Shown: positions 16,802 to 27,325, counted from the stretch's first letter. The stretch: 64,000 nucleotides of DNA from Abditibacteriaceae bacterium (GCA_031425655.1 JANPJS010000193.1:1-64000), one strand, 5' to 3'. Notes: generated by a model from the letters alone, not told the origin. A program made the numbers and translations.

Positions 16802-18558
16802 GGCTGAGGCGGCAAACCGGCGGATGGATCGGTGTCGAGTCGGGCTTTTTTCGGTGCCGTGAAATCGTAGCGAAAGTCGCGCGGCGCCGGACGATTGGAA
16901 AGGAGCTTGAAATCGTTGTTGCGCGCCCAGGTAAAGGCGCCCGGTGGCACGCGATAATCTTTGCGGCGCCAGCGCGTGAGGATGAAAATCCGCTCGCGTC
17001 GCTGGAATAGCCAGGTGAGATCGTGTGATTGGTTTCGCGGAAAAAACGGCGATTTTGCCAGAGCAACGGCGTTTAAACCGGACGTATTGTTGAAGTTCGG
17101 CAGCATTACGGGGCGCTGAAGATAGAAAATCTGCGTCGGCGAAAACGAGCTGACCTGCGCTACAATGTCATCGGCTTGCAATTGCGGGCGCAAGGCGATG
17201 AACATCCGGGTCGAATCCTCATAATAGGCCGCGCGGCCTGCGAGAGCGAGAACACAAACGTAGAGTAGGGCAGCCATGCAAAATTGCGTGACAGCGGTTT
17301 TCCACAATTGTTCCGCTTTCCAGAAGCGAACGATAAAGACGGTGCCTCCGAGCAAAATCAAGGCACAGCAAAGCGCGTAGGGCAAACCGACGGCGCGCGG
17401 CAATGTATTGTTGTCGGTCAGAGAAATTATGGTGGCGATTGCCGCGATTATATATAGCGCGACCAATGCTCCCGTTACTCGGCGGCGCGTCAGCGGTGCG
17501 GCGCGCAAAATCCCATCTGCGGCCAGCAACGCTAAAGCGGGATAGGCCGGAAGAATGTAGGAAAACAGCTTGGTGCTGGAGTTCGAGAAAAACAGGATGA
17601 TAATTCCGGCCCACAGCCACAAAAACAAGCGATTGGCGCGGCGCGTGGCGTCTTGGTCATGAGAACGAGCCAACGCGGACAACGCCAGAGGCGTCCACGG
17701 CAGTAAACCCAGCAGCGTAACCGGCAAGTAATACCAGATGGGCGAAGGCTTGTGATGCTCGACAGAACCGGAGAATCGCGCCAAATTTTCGGTAAAAATG
17801 AAATTTTTGGTAAAACCCGGCTGCCGCTGCTCAATAGCGAAAAACCACGGGGCCGAAATCGCCGCCGCGATGAGAAAAGCGGCCAGCACGCCGGGCCAGC
17901 GCAGGCGATTCCACAGTCGCGTGCGCCACAAATAGAGAAGACCGATGAGCAACGGAAGAGCAACGCCGACCGGGCCTTTGGCGAGCATGGCTAAGCCCAT
18001 TCCGATGCCGGCAATGGCATAAGGCCGCCACGACGCGCCTTCGCGCACTGCGAACCACAAGCCGTAAAGCACGATGGTCATGGTCGCGCTGAGCAGCATA
18101 TCCGTATTCAGCGTGCGGCCCAGTGAGACGGGAAATATCGAACTCGCCCACACCAGCGCCGCGATGATGCCGGTTTTCTCATCGAACATGGCGCGGCCCA
18201 ATTGGAACACCAGCCACAGCACGAGGACGGCGGCTATGGCCGAACCGAGCCGCCCGGCCCAATCGTGAACGCCGAATATTTTGAAAAACGTGCCGGCCAG
18301 CCAATAAACCAGCGGCGGCTTGTTGAGGCGCGGAATCGTGTTGAGATGCGGCACGACCCAATCGGGCTGCGAGCCTTCCACGCCGCCGATCATTTCCAGT
18401 GACGACGCGGCATAGCGGCCTTCGTCGGGATTCCAGTAAGGCGCATAGTTAAGCCAACCCGCCAGCAAAAGCGCGCCCGCTAAGAGCCACCAACGGGGAG
18501 AATATCGAGACACGGAGTGAGGAGACACGGAGTGAGGAGAGTCAACGAGCCGTCGCAT
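16798..18558 (-). CDS. ArnT-like lipid A/phospholipid glycosyltransferase (GT39/PMT_2)
   Basis: WNPDEGRYA, PRLNKPPLVYW, LAKGPVG, KLFSYILPAYPALALL; exact start uncertain. Confidence 0.85.
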   Translation of the reverse strand: MRRLVDSPHSVSPHSVSRYSPRWWLLAGALLLAGWLNYAPYWNPDEGRYAASSLEMIGGVEGSQPDWVVPHLNTIPRLNKPPLVYWLAGTFFKIFGVHDWAGRLGSAIAAVLVLWLVFQLGRAMFDEKTGIIAALVWASSIFPVSLGRTLNTDMLLSATMTIVLYGLWFAVREGASWRPYAIAGIGMGLAMLAKGPVGVALPLLIGLLYLWRTRLWNRLRWPGVLAAFLIAAAISAPWFFAIEQRQPGFTKNFIFTENLARFSGSVEHHKPSPIWYYLPVTLLGLLPWTPLALSALARSHDQDATRRANRLFLWLWAGIIILFFSNSSTKLFSYILPAYPALALLAADGILRAAPLTRRRVTGALVALYIIAAIATIISLTDNNTLPRAVGLPYALCCALILLGGTVFIVRFWKAEQLWKTAVTQFCMAALLYVCVLALAGRAAYYEDSTRMFIALRPQLQADDIVAQVSSFSPTQIFYLQRPVMLPNFNNTSGLNAVALAKSPFFPRNQSHDLTWLFQRRERIFILTRWRRKDYRVPPGAFTWARNNDFKLLSNRPAPRDFRYDFTAPKKARLDTDPSAGLPPQP

Positions 18559-18934
18559 TTTGGTGAAGGAGCCACTTTGGAGCGTTATTGATCATGGAAA
18601 CAATCATGCGAAGTATTTGCTCGTATTCGTTCAGCAGTTGTTGACCGCTATCAGAGGCGAGATAACCGCAGCGCATGGCGAACTCGATCCATGTCTGAGT
18701 TTCTGCTGCTTCGGTTTCCGCATCGGAGAGTTTGGCTATAAAAGCGGCTTCATAGCGGCGCTTTCGCCATGCTTCGGTAACATTAGCCGCCACCGAGCGA
18801 GACGAACGACGCATTTGATCTGTGAGTGAATACAGTTCCTCTCTGGGAAAACTCTTTGTCAGTTGAAAAACGCGCATGGCAGCCTCGAACGACCTCTTAA
18901 AAACATCCAAATCCCGATGACTGGTAATAGTCAT
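18542..18934 (-). CDS. Four-helix-bundle protein (23S rRNA IVP-like)
   Basis: HRDLDVF, FPREELYSLTDQMRRSSRSVAANVTEAW, EAAETQTW. Confidence 0.9.
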   Translation of the reverse strand: MTITSHRDLDVFKRSFEAAMRVFQLTKSFPREELYSLTDQMRRSSRSVAANVTEAWRKRRYEAAFIAKLSDAETEAAETQTWIEFAMRCGYLASDSGQQLLNEYEQILRMIVSMINNAPKWLLHQNATAR

Positions 18935-18964
18935 CGTTCGTCTCCGTGTCTCGCGTCTCCGCAC

Positions 18965-19729
18965 TCACCGCGCCGCGTTTTTGACCGGGTTAGTCAGCGG
19001 CCCCATCGGGCCGATGCGCGTTTCGATAACATCGCCGTGCGTCAGAGGGCCGATGCCGAAAGGCGTGCCGGTCATGATGCAGTCGCCCGGTTCTAAAGTG
19101 ATGGCTTCGCTGAGAAAAGCGACCAATTTCGCCACGCTAAACACAAGTTGATTGGTGCTGCTGTTTTGGCGCACTTCGCCGTTAACGCGCGTTTCGACGG
19201 GCAAATCGGACGGATCGAGACCGGTGTGGATGAAAGGGCCGAGCGGCGCGTAAGTGTCGAAGGATTTGGCGCGTGCCCACTGCGATTCGGAGTTTTGCAC
19301 GTCGCGGTCGCTGATGTCCTGGCCGATGGTGTAGCCGAAAACGTATTGCAGCGCCGAAGCTTCGTTGACGCCTTTGCAGCGTTGGCCGATGACGATAGTG
19401 AGTTCGCCTTCGTAATCGGTGCGATGTTCGGGAAAGGCGATTTCGACGGTTTCGTTGTGCGCGATGACGGCGGTTGTCGCCTTGAACCACATTAAAGGCA
19501 CGTCCGGCAGTGCTTTGCCGGATTCCTTCGCGTGATCCACGTAATTGAGGCCGATGGCGAACAGTTTTGGCGGTTGCACCGGCGCCAAAATTTGCAGCGT
19601 GTTCAGCGGCGCCGTCGCGCCGGTTTTGCGCGCTTCGCCGAAAAGATCATCCACGAAATACACCGTTTCGCCGTTCACTTCGCCGTGTTGGGGCTTTCCG
19701 TCCACTAAAAATCGTCCGTAAATGGGCAT
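18965..19729 (-). CDS. Fumarylacetoacetate hydrolase family protein
   Basis: AIGLNYVDH, DYEGEL, DISDRD, RAKSFDTYAPLGP, LEPGDCIMTGTP. Confidence 0.92.
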   Translation of the reverse strand: MPIYGRFLVDGKPQHGEVNGETVYFVDDLFGEARKTGATAPLNTLQILAPVQPPKLFAIGLNYVDHAKESGKALPDVPLMWFKATTAVIAHNETVEIAFPEHRTDYEGELTIVIGQRCKGVNEASALQYVFGYTIGQDISDRDVQNSESQWARAKSFDTYAPLGPFIHTGLDPSDLPVETRVNGEVRQNSSTNQLVFSVAKLVAFLSEAITLEPGDCIMTGTPFGIGPLTHGDVIETRIGPMGPLTNPVKNAAR

Positions 19730-19765
19730 TGAATGTTCCTTGATTGAAGTCAGTTGAATTTTAGC

Positions 19766-19797
19766 AAAAAAAGGCGCCCCGATTCGGGACGCCTTTT
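19766..19797 (-). terminator. Terminator of the efflux operon
   Basis: aaaaaaaggcgccccgattcgggacgcctttt hairpin giving a U-tract on the minus strand. Confidence 0.7.
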
Positions 19798-19814
19798 CTG
19801 CTTTCGTCATCAAA

Positions 19815-21887
19815 CTAATTTTTCGCCAGCTTGACTTTGCTGTTGTCGCCAATCGGTGGGCTGCCGATGACGATGCGGTCGCCGCGCGAAACGCCGCCTA
19901 AAATCTGCGTTTGTTCGCCGATAGTAATGCCGGTCTTGACATTGAAGGCTTTGATGTGGGCGCGATTTCCCGATTCGGGCACGGCCACATAAACGCTACG
20001 GGCGCCATCTTCGGCGGCGCGCACGGAGTCGGCGGGCACGATCATGGTGTTGGTGAAAACTTGCGTGGTGATGGTGCCGCGCGCGAAGGCGCCAGCCGGC
20101 AATTCGCTGGGCGGACGCGGAATCGAAATGCGCACGCGGAACTGGCGCGAACGCGCATCGGCTGAGGGAATAATATCGGTGACGGTCGCGTCAATCGGCT
20201 CTTTCGCTACTGCGGGAATCGAAACCCGCGCACTCTGGCCTCGGCGCAGTTGTTGAATTTCGGTTTCGGAAACCAAAGCTTCAAAATAAACTTCGTCCAA
20301 CGCCACGAGGTTCATAATCGGTTGCGTCGGCGACACGGTTTGCCCGACATCCGCTAATTTCTGGCTGACCACGCCGTTGACCGGCGAGAAAATCTGCGCG
20401 TTGGCCAAGTTAATTTGCGTTTGCTTTAATTGCGCCTGCGCCGATTGCACGGCGGCTTGTGCGGCCTGCACGTCCTGACGCGCCAAAGGCACCTGCGAAC
20501 GATTGGCGATGGCCTGCGTGAGCGCGGCTCGCGCCTGATTGACGGCTTCGAGCGCCACGCGCGATTCCTGAAGCGTAATGGGAATTTGCAGGCGTTGCGA
20601 GCGCGCCGCTTCCACAGCGCCGCGTGCTTGCTGCACGGCTTCGCCCGCCGCGCGGGTTTCCTGTGCCGAGACGCCGATGATGGACAAATTGGATTCCGCC
20701 GCGCGCTGATTTTCCTGCGCTTGCTGCAAAGCCGCCAATGCTGTCGTGACTTCGCCCTGCGCGATGGGAACACGAAGCCGCCCGGACTGCGATGTGGCCA
20801 GTCCAGCTTCGGCCTGCCGCACGGCTTCCTGCGCTTGCCGGACTTGCTCGGTCGTAGCGCCTTCCTTAACTAAGGAAAGGTTTTGTTGCGCCGCTTGCAC
20901 TTGCGCTCTGGCGACTTCAAAATTCGTTTGCGCTAAATCCACGTTTTGGCGCGGCGCGGCGCCGCCTTCGAAAAGAATCTTGGCGCGATTAAGTTCGGTT
21001 TCGCTGCTGCGAAGCTGCGCTTCGGCCAGATTGACCTGCGCTTGCGCCGCCGCGATTTGCTGGGCACGGGCGCCGCGTTGCACTTCGGCCAAAGCCGCGC
21101 GCGAGGCTTCCACGCCCGATTGCGAGCGTTTAATATCGGCTTCGACTTGCTGTTGTGTTTGCTCCGCCGTCTGGCGCGCTTGTTCGATGCGCGCTTGCGC
21201 GGTTTTTACGACTTCTTTGGCATTGGCAAGCTGCGTTTGCGCGCCGGTTACCTTCGACGGCTCGCTAAGTTGCGCTTGACGCAAACGCGCTTGCGCTTGC
21301 TGATAAGCCGCTTCGGCTTGTTGAATCGCGGTTTCGACGGTGCGAACTTTCAAAGGCTCGCTGAGCAAGGCTTCCTGATAGCGGGCTTTGGCGCTGTCGA
21401 GAGCGGTTTGCGCTTGCTCGATGCTGGTTCCCACTTGCTGAATGCGCGCGGGCAGGCCGGTTTGCGTTTGTGCGAGGCGAACTTCGGCGGTGCGAACTCC
21501 GGCGCGAGCCGCGTCTACTTGAGCGCGCAAATCGTCGTCGTCGAGCTGCATCAAAAGCTGCCCACGACGCACACGGCTGCCTTCGCGCACTGCCACACGC
21601 TCCACGCGCCCGATGATTTTCGAGCCGAGATTAATGTTCTGATTGCTGCGCAGCGTGCCCGTGACTTCCAAAGTCTGCGTCAGATTGCCCAATCTCACCG
21701 GCACCGTTTTCACGACCGGCACTTCCTCGACTACGGTTTTGCTTTCCGCAGTCTTCGCGGGTGAATTAGCCAACTTAGCCTGCCGCGACTTGAAAAACAA
21801 TCCGCTGCCGACTAAAGCCGCGACTACGACGTAAGGCACCCAGTTTGTTCCTGCTTTGCGTGGAGCACGTAATTCTCCTGTTGCCAT
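19815..21887 (-). CDS. RND efflux periplasmic adaptor (MFP) with very long coiled-coil
   Basis: N-terminal TM, GRVERVAVREGSRVRRGQLL and IFSPVNGVV lipoyl halves separated by an Ala/Gln-rich helical region of roughly 380 aa. Confidence 0.9.
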   Translation of the reverse strand: MATGELRAPRKAGTNWVPYVVVAALVGSGLFFKSRQAKLANSPAKTAESKTVVEEVPVVKTVPVRLGNLTQTLEVTGTLRSNQNINLGSKIIGRVERVAVREGSRVRRGQLLMQLDDDDLRAQVDAARAGVRTAEVRLAQTQTGLPARIQQVGTSIEQAQTALDSAKARYQEALLSEPLKVRTVETAIQQAEAAYQQAQARLRQAQLSEPSKVTGAQTQLANAKEVVKTAQARIEQARQTAEQTQQQVEADIKRSQSGVEASRAALAEVQRGARAQQIAAAQAQVNLAEAQLRSSETELNRAKILFEGGAAPRQNVDLAQTNFEVARAQVQAAQQNLSLVKEGATTEQVRQAQEAVRQAEAGLATSQSGRLRVPIAQGEVTTALAALQQAQENQRAAESNLSIIGVSAQETRAAGEAVQQARGAVEAARSQRLQIPITLQESRVALEAVNQARAALTQAIANRSQVPLARQDVQAAQAAVQSAQAQLKQTQINLANAQIFSPVNGVVSQKLADVGQTVSPTQPIMNLVALDEVYFEALVSETEIQQLRRGQSARVSIPAVAKEPIDATVTDIIPSADARSRQFRVRISIPRPPSELPAGAFARGTITTQVFTNTMIVPADSVRAAEDGARSVYVAVPESGNRAHIKAFNVKTGITIGEQTQILGGVSRGDRIVIGSPPIGDNSKVKLAKN

Positions 21888-21902
21888 TAGTAATCCTTAA
21901 AT

Positions 21903-24900
21903 TCAATTGCCTTCGGTTGTTGGTGTGGCTTCGGCTGCCGGAAGCAGTCCGAGCATACGACGCAGGCGCGTGATAGCGTGGAAATTCGCCATATCGTCGA
22001 AGATGGAATAGGCGACCGGCGTTGCCAGCAGCGTAAGCATCAGCGACAGGCTTTGGCCGCCGAAAATCACCGAGCCGATGGCGCGGTTAGTGCCCGAACC
22101 GACGCCGCTGGACAAAACCAGAGGAATCATGCCGGCTACGAAGGCCAATGTCGTCATCAAAATCGGGCGTAAGCGTTCGCGGTTCGCTTGAATAATGGCC
22201 GCGTTTCGCTCCATGCCGCGCTCTCGAAGCTGGTTGGTGTGGTCTATCTGCAAGATCGCGTTTTTCTTGACGATGCCGAATAATACCAAAATGCCGAGCA
22301 TTGAGAAAATGTTGATGGACTGGCCGGACATCAGCAGCGAAAGCAGCGCGAACGGCACAGTCAAAGGGAGCGAAAGCAGAATCGTAATCGGGTGAATCCA
22401 GCTTTCAAACTGCGCCGCCAAAATCAAATACATGAACACGATGGACATGGCAAACGCGGTCATAAAGGCTTTGCCGGAGCGCGCCTGCTCCTTCGAGCGA
22501 CCCGCCGCGCTGTAAGTGTATTCCGGCCCCAAATCGAGGCCTTTGGTGATTTCTTCCAGACGCGCCATTACTCCGGCTTCGGAGGTGCCCGGCTTGACGT
22601 TGGCCGATAATGTGACTTGTGGGCGTCCGTTGTAGTGCTCGATTTGTGACGGCCCCGTCCCGGACTCGAACGTCACCAGTTGGCCAAGCGGAACGGCGCC
22701 TACGTCCGGTTTGGTCGAAGGCACGGTCAGCAGGCCAATGGATTCCGCCGTGGTGCGAAACGATTCCTGAGAGCGAATATGCACTTCATATTGCTCGCCT
22801 TTTTCGTTGTAATTCGTGACTTCGTCGCCGCCCACGAAATAGCGCAGCGCGTTGGCTACGTCCGCAGGCGCCACGCCGAGTTGATTGGCCAATTCACGGT
22901 CAATTCGCACTTCGAGTTCGGGTTTTCCCGTGTTCAAGCTGGTGTCGGCGTCCACCACGCCGGGGATTTTGCGGAACTGCTCTAAGGCTTTAACGGAGGC
23001 TTTGGCAAGCGTGTCCAAGTCCGGCCCGGCGATCAGAAATTGAATCGTCGCGCCTTGGCGTCCGCCGCCGCCAAAGCTCGAAACCGGGCCGACAATCGAG
23101 CGCAAGTTTTCGACTTGGAATTTCGGCACGACTTCCTGGCGAACACGCTGAATCAGTTGATCTTGCGAGATTTCGCGGTCGTCGAGCGGCACCATTTGCA
23201 CATAAATTGAGCCGGAGTTGGTTTCGCTGCCGGTTTCCAATCCACTGCTGCTGCCGCCGACCGTCAGCAAGGTATATTTGATACCCGGCATCTTGCGAAT
23301 CATGGCATCCATGCGCTCGGCGATAGTGCGCGTGGCTTTCAGGCTGCTGCCTTCGGGCGCCGTAAACGAAACCTGCATTTGCGATTCGTCATCGGTCGGC
23401 AGGAAATTGAAAGGCACGCGCTTGCCGATTTGAGGAATCGAAATCAGCGCGAGGAAACACACCAGCACGATGACCCAGCGATGTCCCATGCTCCACTTCA
23501 AAATGGCCGTGTAAACCCGGTCAATGACGCCGAAAAAGCCGCGTTCACGCGATGATTGATGCTCAACAGGCGCTAAATGCGCATCGGGCGTGCCTTTTGA
23601 GGTGCCGTTCGCCGGGGCTTTCAAAAATCGCGCGCTCAGCATCGGCGTGAGCGTGAAGGAAACCAGCAGTGACATCAAAATCGCCGCTGTCATGGTCAGG
23701 CCAAACGAACTCATGAAGCGGCCCACGATGCCGCTCATAAACGCGACCGGCAGGAATACCGCGACGAGCGATAAAGTCGTCGCTAAAACCGCCAAACCGA
23801 TTTCCTGCGTGGCATCAACCGCCGCTTCGTAAGGGTCTTGGCCCTTTTCTTCGATGTGCCGAAAAATGTTTTCCAGCACCACGATAGCATCGTCAATCAC
23901 GATGCCGACGGCTAAAGTCAGCGCCAACAGCGTGATGAGATTCAAAGTGAAGCCCAACATCCACATCACGCCGAACGTGGCGACAATCGAAATCGGAATT
24001 GAAATCGCCGAAATCAGAGTCGAGCGATAATTCCACAGAAAGAGCAGCACGACGAGCGAGGCCAAAATCGAACCGAGAATCAAGTGTTCTTGGACGGCAT
24101 GAACGGCGGCTTCGATGAATGTGGACTCGTCGCGCACGATGCTGATGTTAAAGCCGGGCGGCAGCGACTTCTCGATGACATGAAGCCGCTCTTTGATGCC
24201 GTCAATGACCGCCAGCGCATTCGTCCCGCTTTGCTTGCGCACGCTAAGCTGAACCGTCGGTTTTCCGTTGATCTGCGAAGTCGAAGTTTCATCTTCGGCG
24301 CTGTCTTCGATGCGCGCAATATCGCCCAATCGGACGGAGCCGCCCGCATCCGACGAACTTAACTTGATGTTGCTGAATTCGCTGACAGATTTCAAACGGC
24401 CCAGCGTGCGGAGGGTTAAATCCCGCGCGCCTTGTTCCACGCGACCGCCCGGCACTTCGATGTTTTGCCCTTGCAGGGCGCGCATGATGTCGGCGGTTGT
24501 GATGCTAAAAGCGCGCATCTTGTAAACATCGAGCAGCACGTTAATTTGCCGCGCGCGTCCGCCGATGATGTCTACTGAGCCGACGCCGTTGGTGTTTTCG
24601 ATCTGTTTGCGCAGCGTTTTGTCGGCGAATTCGGTCACGTCGCGGATTGGGCGCGGCGCCGACAGCGCAAGAGTCAGCACTGGAATCGCGTCCGGGTCGA
24701 AAGTGTTGACCGTGGGCTGCTCAATATCCTGAGGCAAGCGCGGGATGACCTGATTAATCTTGTCACGCACTTCCTGCGCGGCAATATCCACTTGTTTTTC
24801 CAACACGAAGGTGACCGTGACCACGGAAACGCCTTCCGACGAGGTTGAGCGCACTTCATCAATGCCGCTGATGGTATTGATGGATTCTTCGATTTTGTCG

Positions 24901-25094
24901 GTGATTTCCGTTTCGACGGCTTCAGGCGAGCTTCCCGGCGACGGCGTCACGATGACGACCGTGGGAAAATCCACTTTCGGAAAGCGATCCACGCCCAGCC
25001 GGCTGAAGCCGACTATGCCGACGACGATGAAGATTAAGATCAGAACGGAGGCAAAAACGGGCCGATCTACGCACAATTTCGCTAATTTCTGCAT
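21903..25094 (-). CDS. RND efflux permease (AcrB/MdtB family)
   Basis: GIVIDDAIVVLENI, RLRPILMTTLA; 1063 aa. Confidence 0.95.
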   Translation of the reverse strand: MQKLAKLCVDRPVFASVLILIFIVVGIVGFSRLGVDRFPKVDFPTVVIVTPSPGSSPEAVETEITDKIEESINTISGIDEVRSTSSEGVSVVTVTFVLEKQVDIAAQEVRDKINQVIPRLPQDIEQPTVNTFDPDAIPVLTLALSAPRPIRDVTEFADKTLRKQIENTNGVGSVDIIGGRARQINVLLDVYKMRAFSITTADIMRALQGQNIEVPGGRVEQGARDLTLRTLGRLKSVSEFSNIKLSSSDAGGSVRLGDIARIEDSAEDETSTSQINGKPTVQLSVRKQSGTNALAVIDGIKERLHVIEKSLPPGFNISIVRDESTFIEAAVHAVQEHLILGSILASLVVLLFLWNYRSTLISAISIPISIVATFGVMWMLGFTLNLITLLALTLAVGIVIDDAIVVLENIFRHIEEKGQDPYEAAVDATQEIGLAVLATTLSLVAVFLPVAFMSGIVGRFMSSFGLTMTAAILMSLLVSFTLTPMLSARFLKAPANGTSKGTPDAHLAPVEHQSSRERGFFGVIDRVYTAILKWSMGHRWVIVLVCFLALISIPQIGKRVPFNFLPTDDESQMQVSFTAPEGSSLKATRTIAERMDAMIRKMPGIKYTLLTVGGSSSGLETGSETNSGSIYVQMVPLDDREISQDQLIQRVRQEVVPKFQVENLRSIVGPVSSFGGGGRQGATIQFLIAGPDLDTLAKASVKALEQFRKIPGVVDADTSLNTGKPELEVRIDRELANQLGVAPADVANALRYFVGGDEVTNYNEKGEQYEVHIRSQESFRTTAESIGLLTVPSTKPDVGAVPLGQLVTFESGTGPSQIEHYNGRPQVTLSANVKPGTSEAGVMARLEEITKGLDLGPEYTYSAAGRSKEQARSGKAFMTAFAMSIVFMYLILAAQFESWIHPITILLSLPLTVPFALLSLLMSGQSINIFSMLGILVLFGIVKKNAILQIDHTNQLRERGMERNAAIIQANRERLRPILMTTLAFVAGMIPLVLSSGVGSGTNRAIGSVIFGGQSLSLMLTLLATPVAYSIFDDMANFHAITRLRRMLGLLPAAEATPTTEGN

Positions 25095-25106
25095 GTTTTT
25101 CTGTGT

Positions 25107-26621
25107 TTATTGCTTCAAACGCCCGATTTCTTCGCGCAATTGCGCTTCGTAAGCGATTTGCCAGTCTTTGGAAAGCATTCCAATCGAAGAAGCCAACTGG
25201 GCGCGGGCATTGGCCAGGTCAAAGCGCGCGTTAATGGCTTCGGTTTGGGCGGTCAGCAGCGCGCTCTGGGCATCCGAAACGTCAACGGAAGTGCGTGCGC
25301 CCGCCTGATAACCGATCTGCGCGGCGCGCAAAGCCTCGCGTGCCGTGACGATGGCCGCGTCGGTGCTTTCTAATTTCTGCTGTGCGGCGTCTACGGCTAA
25401 AATCTGCTGATCTAAGGTAAAGGCGACTTGCTGGCGCTGCAAATCAAGCCCACGTCGGGACTGTTCGGCCAACGCCTGCGCTTCCACAATTTGCGATTTC
25501 GAGCGCCCGCTGTCGAACAGCGTTTGCGCGAGGCTTAAGCCGAGCGTAGCGGCGAAACGGCCTAAAAACGTCACGGGATTCCGCAAAATCCCGCCTAAGC
25601 TGGCACTGAGCGAAGGCTTGCGCGCGGCTTTAGCCACGTCCACATTGGCTTCGGCGGCGTTGACTTGCTCTTGCGCGGCCACCAACGTCGGGCGTTTGCT
25701 GTTAGCCAGATCGCGCAACGCTTGCGGCGCCACATTTTGCACCGGCAACGCGAAACTTGAAGAATCGGCGGGCGCAGCCGTGGCGGCAGCGCCCGCCGCA
25801 ACTGGGGAAACCAGCGACACAAGACGCAACGGAGTTTCGGGCGGGCGGCCCATGACCGTATTAAGATTCGCTTTGCTGCGCGCGACATTGTTTGAGGCAT
25901 TAATTCTTCGCACCTGGGCATCGGAGAGCGTGCTTTCCGCGCGCAGAACGTCTAAACGCGCTGCGGCTCCCGCGTCGAAACGCACACGCGCCACGCGCAA
26001 GCGCTCACTCGACACCGCCAAATTGCTTTTCTCGACCTCATGCAACTCTTGAGCGCGCAACACCGCCAAGTAGCCAACCGCCGCGTCGTAAACCAGGTCT
26101 TGCTCGACTTGCAGGGTTTGCTGCGCTTGAACACGCGCTAAGGCTTCGGCGGCGCGCGTGCCCGCCTTCACGCGCCCGCCGCTGTAAATCGGTATCGCCG
26201 CATTGACGCCTAAAGTTTCGTTCAGCCCTTGATTATTGAAATTGAAGTCGCCGCCGGGATTTCCACCACCGCCAGCCGTCGTTCCGCCGCCAAACTGCTT
26301 GTCATAAGTCGCGCCGCCGTTCAGTCCAATCTGAGGGCCGCCCTGCGACTTGGCTTGTCCAATTCGCGCCTGAGCCGCCGCCAATCCGGCGCGTGCCGCC
26401 GCCCGTTGCGGATTGTTTTGTAAAGCCAGCGCGATAGCCTCTTGCACCGTCAAAATCGGCGCCTCTTCGGATGCGAGTTGGCGCTTGTCGGCGACCGTCG
26501 CGGGGGGAACGGGAATGCCAGGAACCGTTTGAGGTGACGAAATCGCCGATTGCGCCAGCACAGGCTGCACCATGATCTGCGCCGACAACACTAATAATGC
26601 CGATGATAAATTTCGTTTCAT
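25107..26621 (-). CDS. TolC family outer-membrane efflux protein
   Basis: Signal peptide, LTVQEAIALALQNNP, RFDAGAAARLDVL, YQAGARTSVDV. Confidence 0.9.
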   Translation of the reverse strand: MKRNLSSALLVLSAQIMVQPVLAQSAISSPQTVPGIPVPPATVADKRQLASEEAPILTVQEAIALALQNNPQRAAARAGLAAAQARIGQAKSQGGPQIGLNGGATYDKQFGGGTTAGGGGNPGGDFNFNNQGLNETLGVNAAIPIYSGGRVKAGTRAAEALARVQAQQTLQVEQDLVYDAAVGYLAVLRAQELHEVEKSNLAVSSERLRVARVRFDAGAAARLDVLRAESTLSDAQVRRINASNNVARSKANLNTVMGRPPETPLRLVSLVSPVAAGAAATAAPADSSSFALPVQNVAPQALRDLANSKRPTLVAAQEQVNAAEANVDVAKAARKPSLSASLGGILRNPVTFLGRFAATLGLSLAQTLFDSGRSKSQIVEAQALAEQSRRGLDLQRQQVAFTLDQQILAVDAAQQKLESTDAAIVTAREALRAAQIGYQAGARTSVDVSDAQSALLTAQTEAINARFDLANARAQLASSIGMLSKDWQIAYEAQLREEIGRLKQ

Positions 26622-26630
26622 TGAACTCTT

Positions 26631-27173
26631 TTAGCCGGTCAAAGTCGGGTCCATACGCGCGGCGTTTTCCAGCAGTCGCTCCAGCACTAACTGCATTTTC
26701 AGCAAATCCTCATCTTTCAAGCCTTCACAAATTTCAGCAGACAAGATTCGCAGTTCCAATCGCACAGCTTCCCAAGCTTCTTCGCCTTTGCCGGTAATTT
26801 TTACGCGAGAAACCCTCCGGTCATGGGCATCCGCTTCGCGCACGACGTAGCCGCCTCGCTCAAGGCGGTCTACTACACCGGTAATTGGCGCCTTGGAAAG
26901 CATTAAGCGCTGGCCTAATTCGGAATGCGTTACACCTGCAATCCCGGCGTGTCCGGCACAGCCCAGAGCGAACCATTGGGCCATGGTTAAGTTATGCGAA
27001 GCTGCTCTGCGATCTCCGGCGCGTTCGATAACGCTGTTAAGCAAACAAACGTGCGCAAGCAACGACGAAGCGGGTGTCATCTGATGTGCTTTTGATGGAC
27101 ATGACAGCATCTTCTCCACGAAATCGGTTCGCTCCGATAGCGAGGCCTTTGTTTCCTTTTTATTAATACTCAT
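26631..27173 (-). CDS. MarR family transcriptional regulator
   Basis: APITGVVDRLERGGYVVR..DAHDRR; start uncertain. Confidence 0.88.
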   Translation of the reverse strand: MSINKKETKASLSERTDFVEKMLSCPSKAHQMTPASSLLAHVCLLNSVIERAGDRRAASHNLTMAQWFALGCAGHAGIAGVTHSELGQRLMLSKAPITGVVDRLERGGYVVREADAHDRRVSRVKITGKGEEAWEAVRLELRILSAEICEGLKDEDLLKMQLVLERLLENAARMDPTLTG

Positions 27174-27325
27174 AGGAATAGTTCCAACCAGAACTATTTT
27201 ATTGAGAACCACAAAATTTGGCAAGGGTTTATTCCGCAAAATATTGAAGGATGGTTATAATTTGATTTGAAAGCGGCTGTGCTCTTTTAGGCAACTCGCG
27301 CCTCTAAAGCAATAGGTGACCAAAT

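Noticed and set aside
18542..18934. Diversity-generating retroelement (Avd-like gene)
   Set aside because: No reverse transcriptase and no TR/VR repeat pair visible
20946..21764. Long antisense/alternate-frame ORFs (also 37715-38209, 41598-42485, 58477-59181 and others)
   Set aside because: Shadow ORFs of high-GC coding sequence with no recognisable motifs
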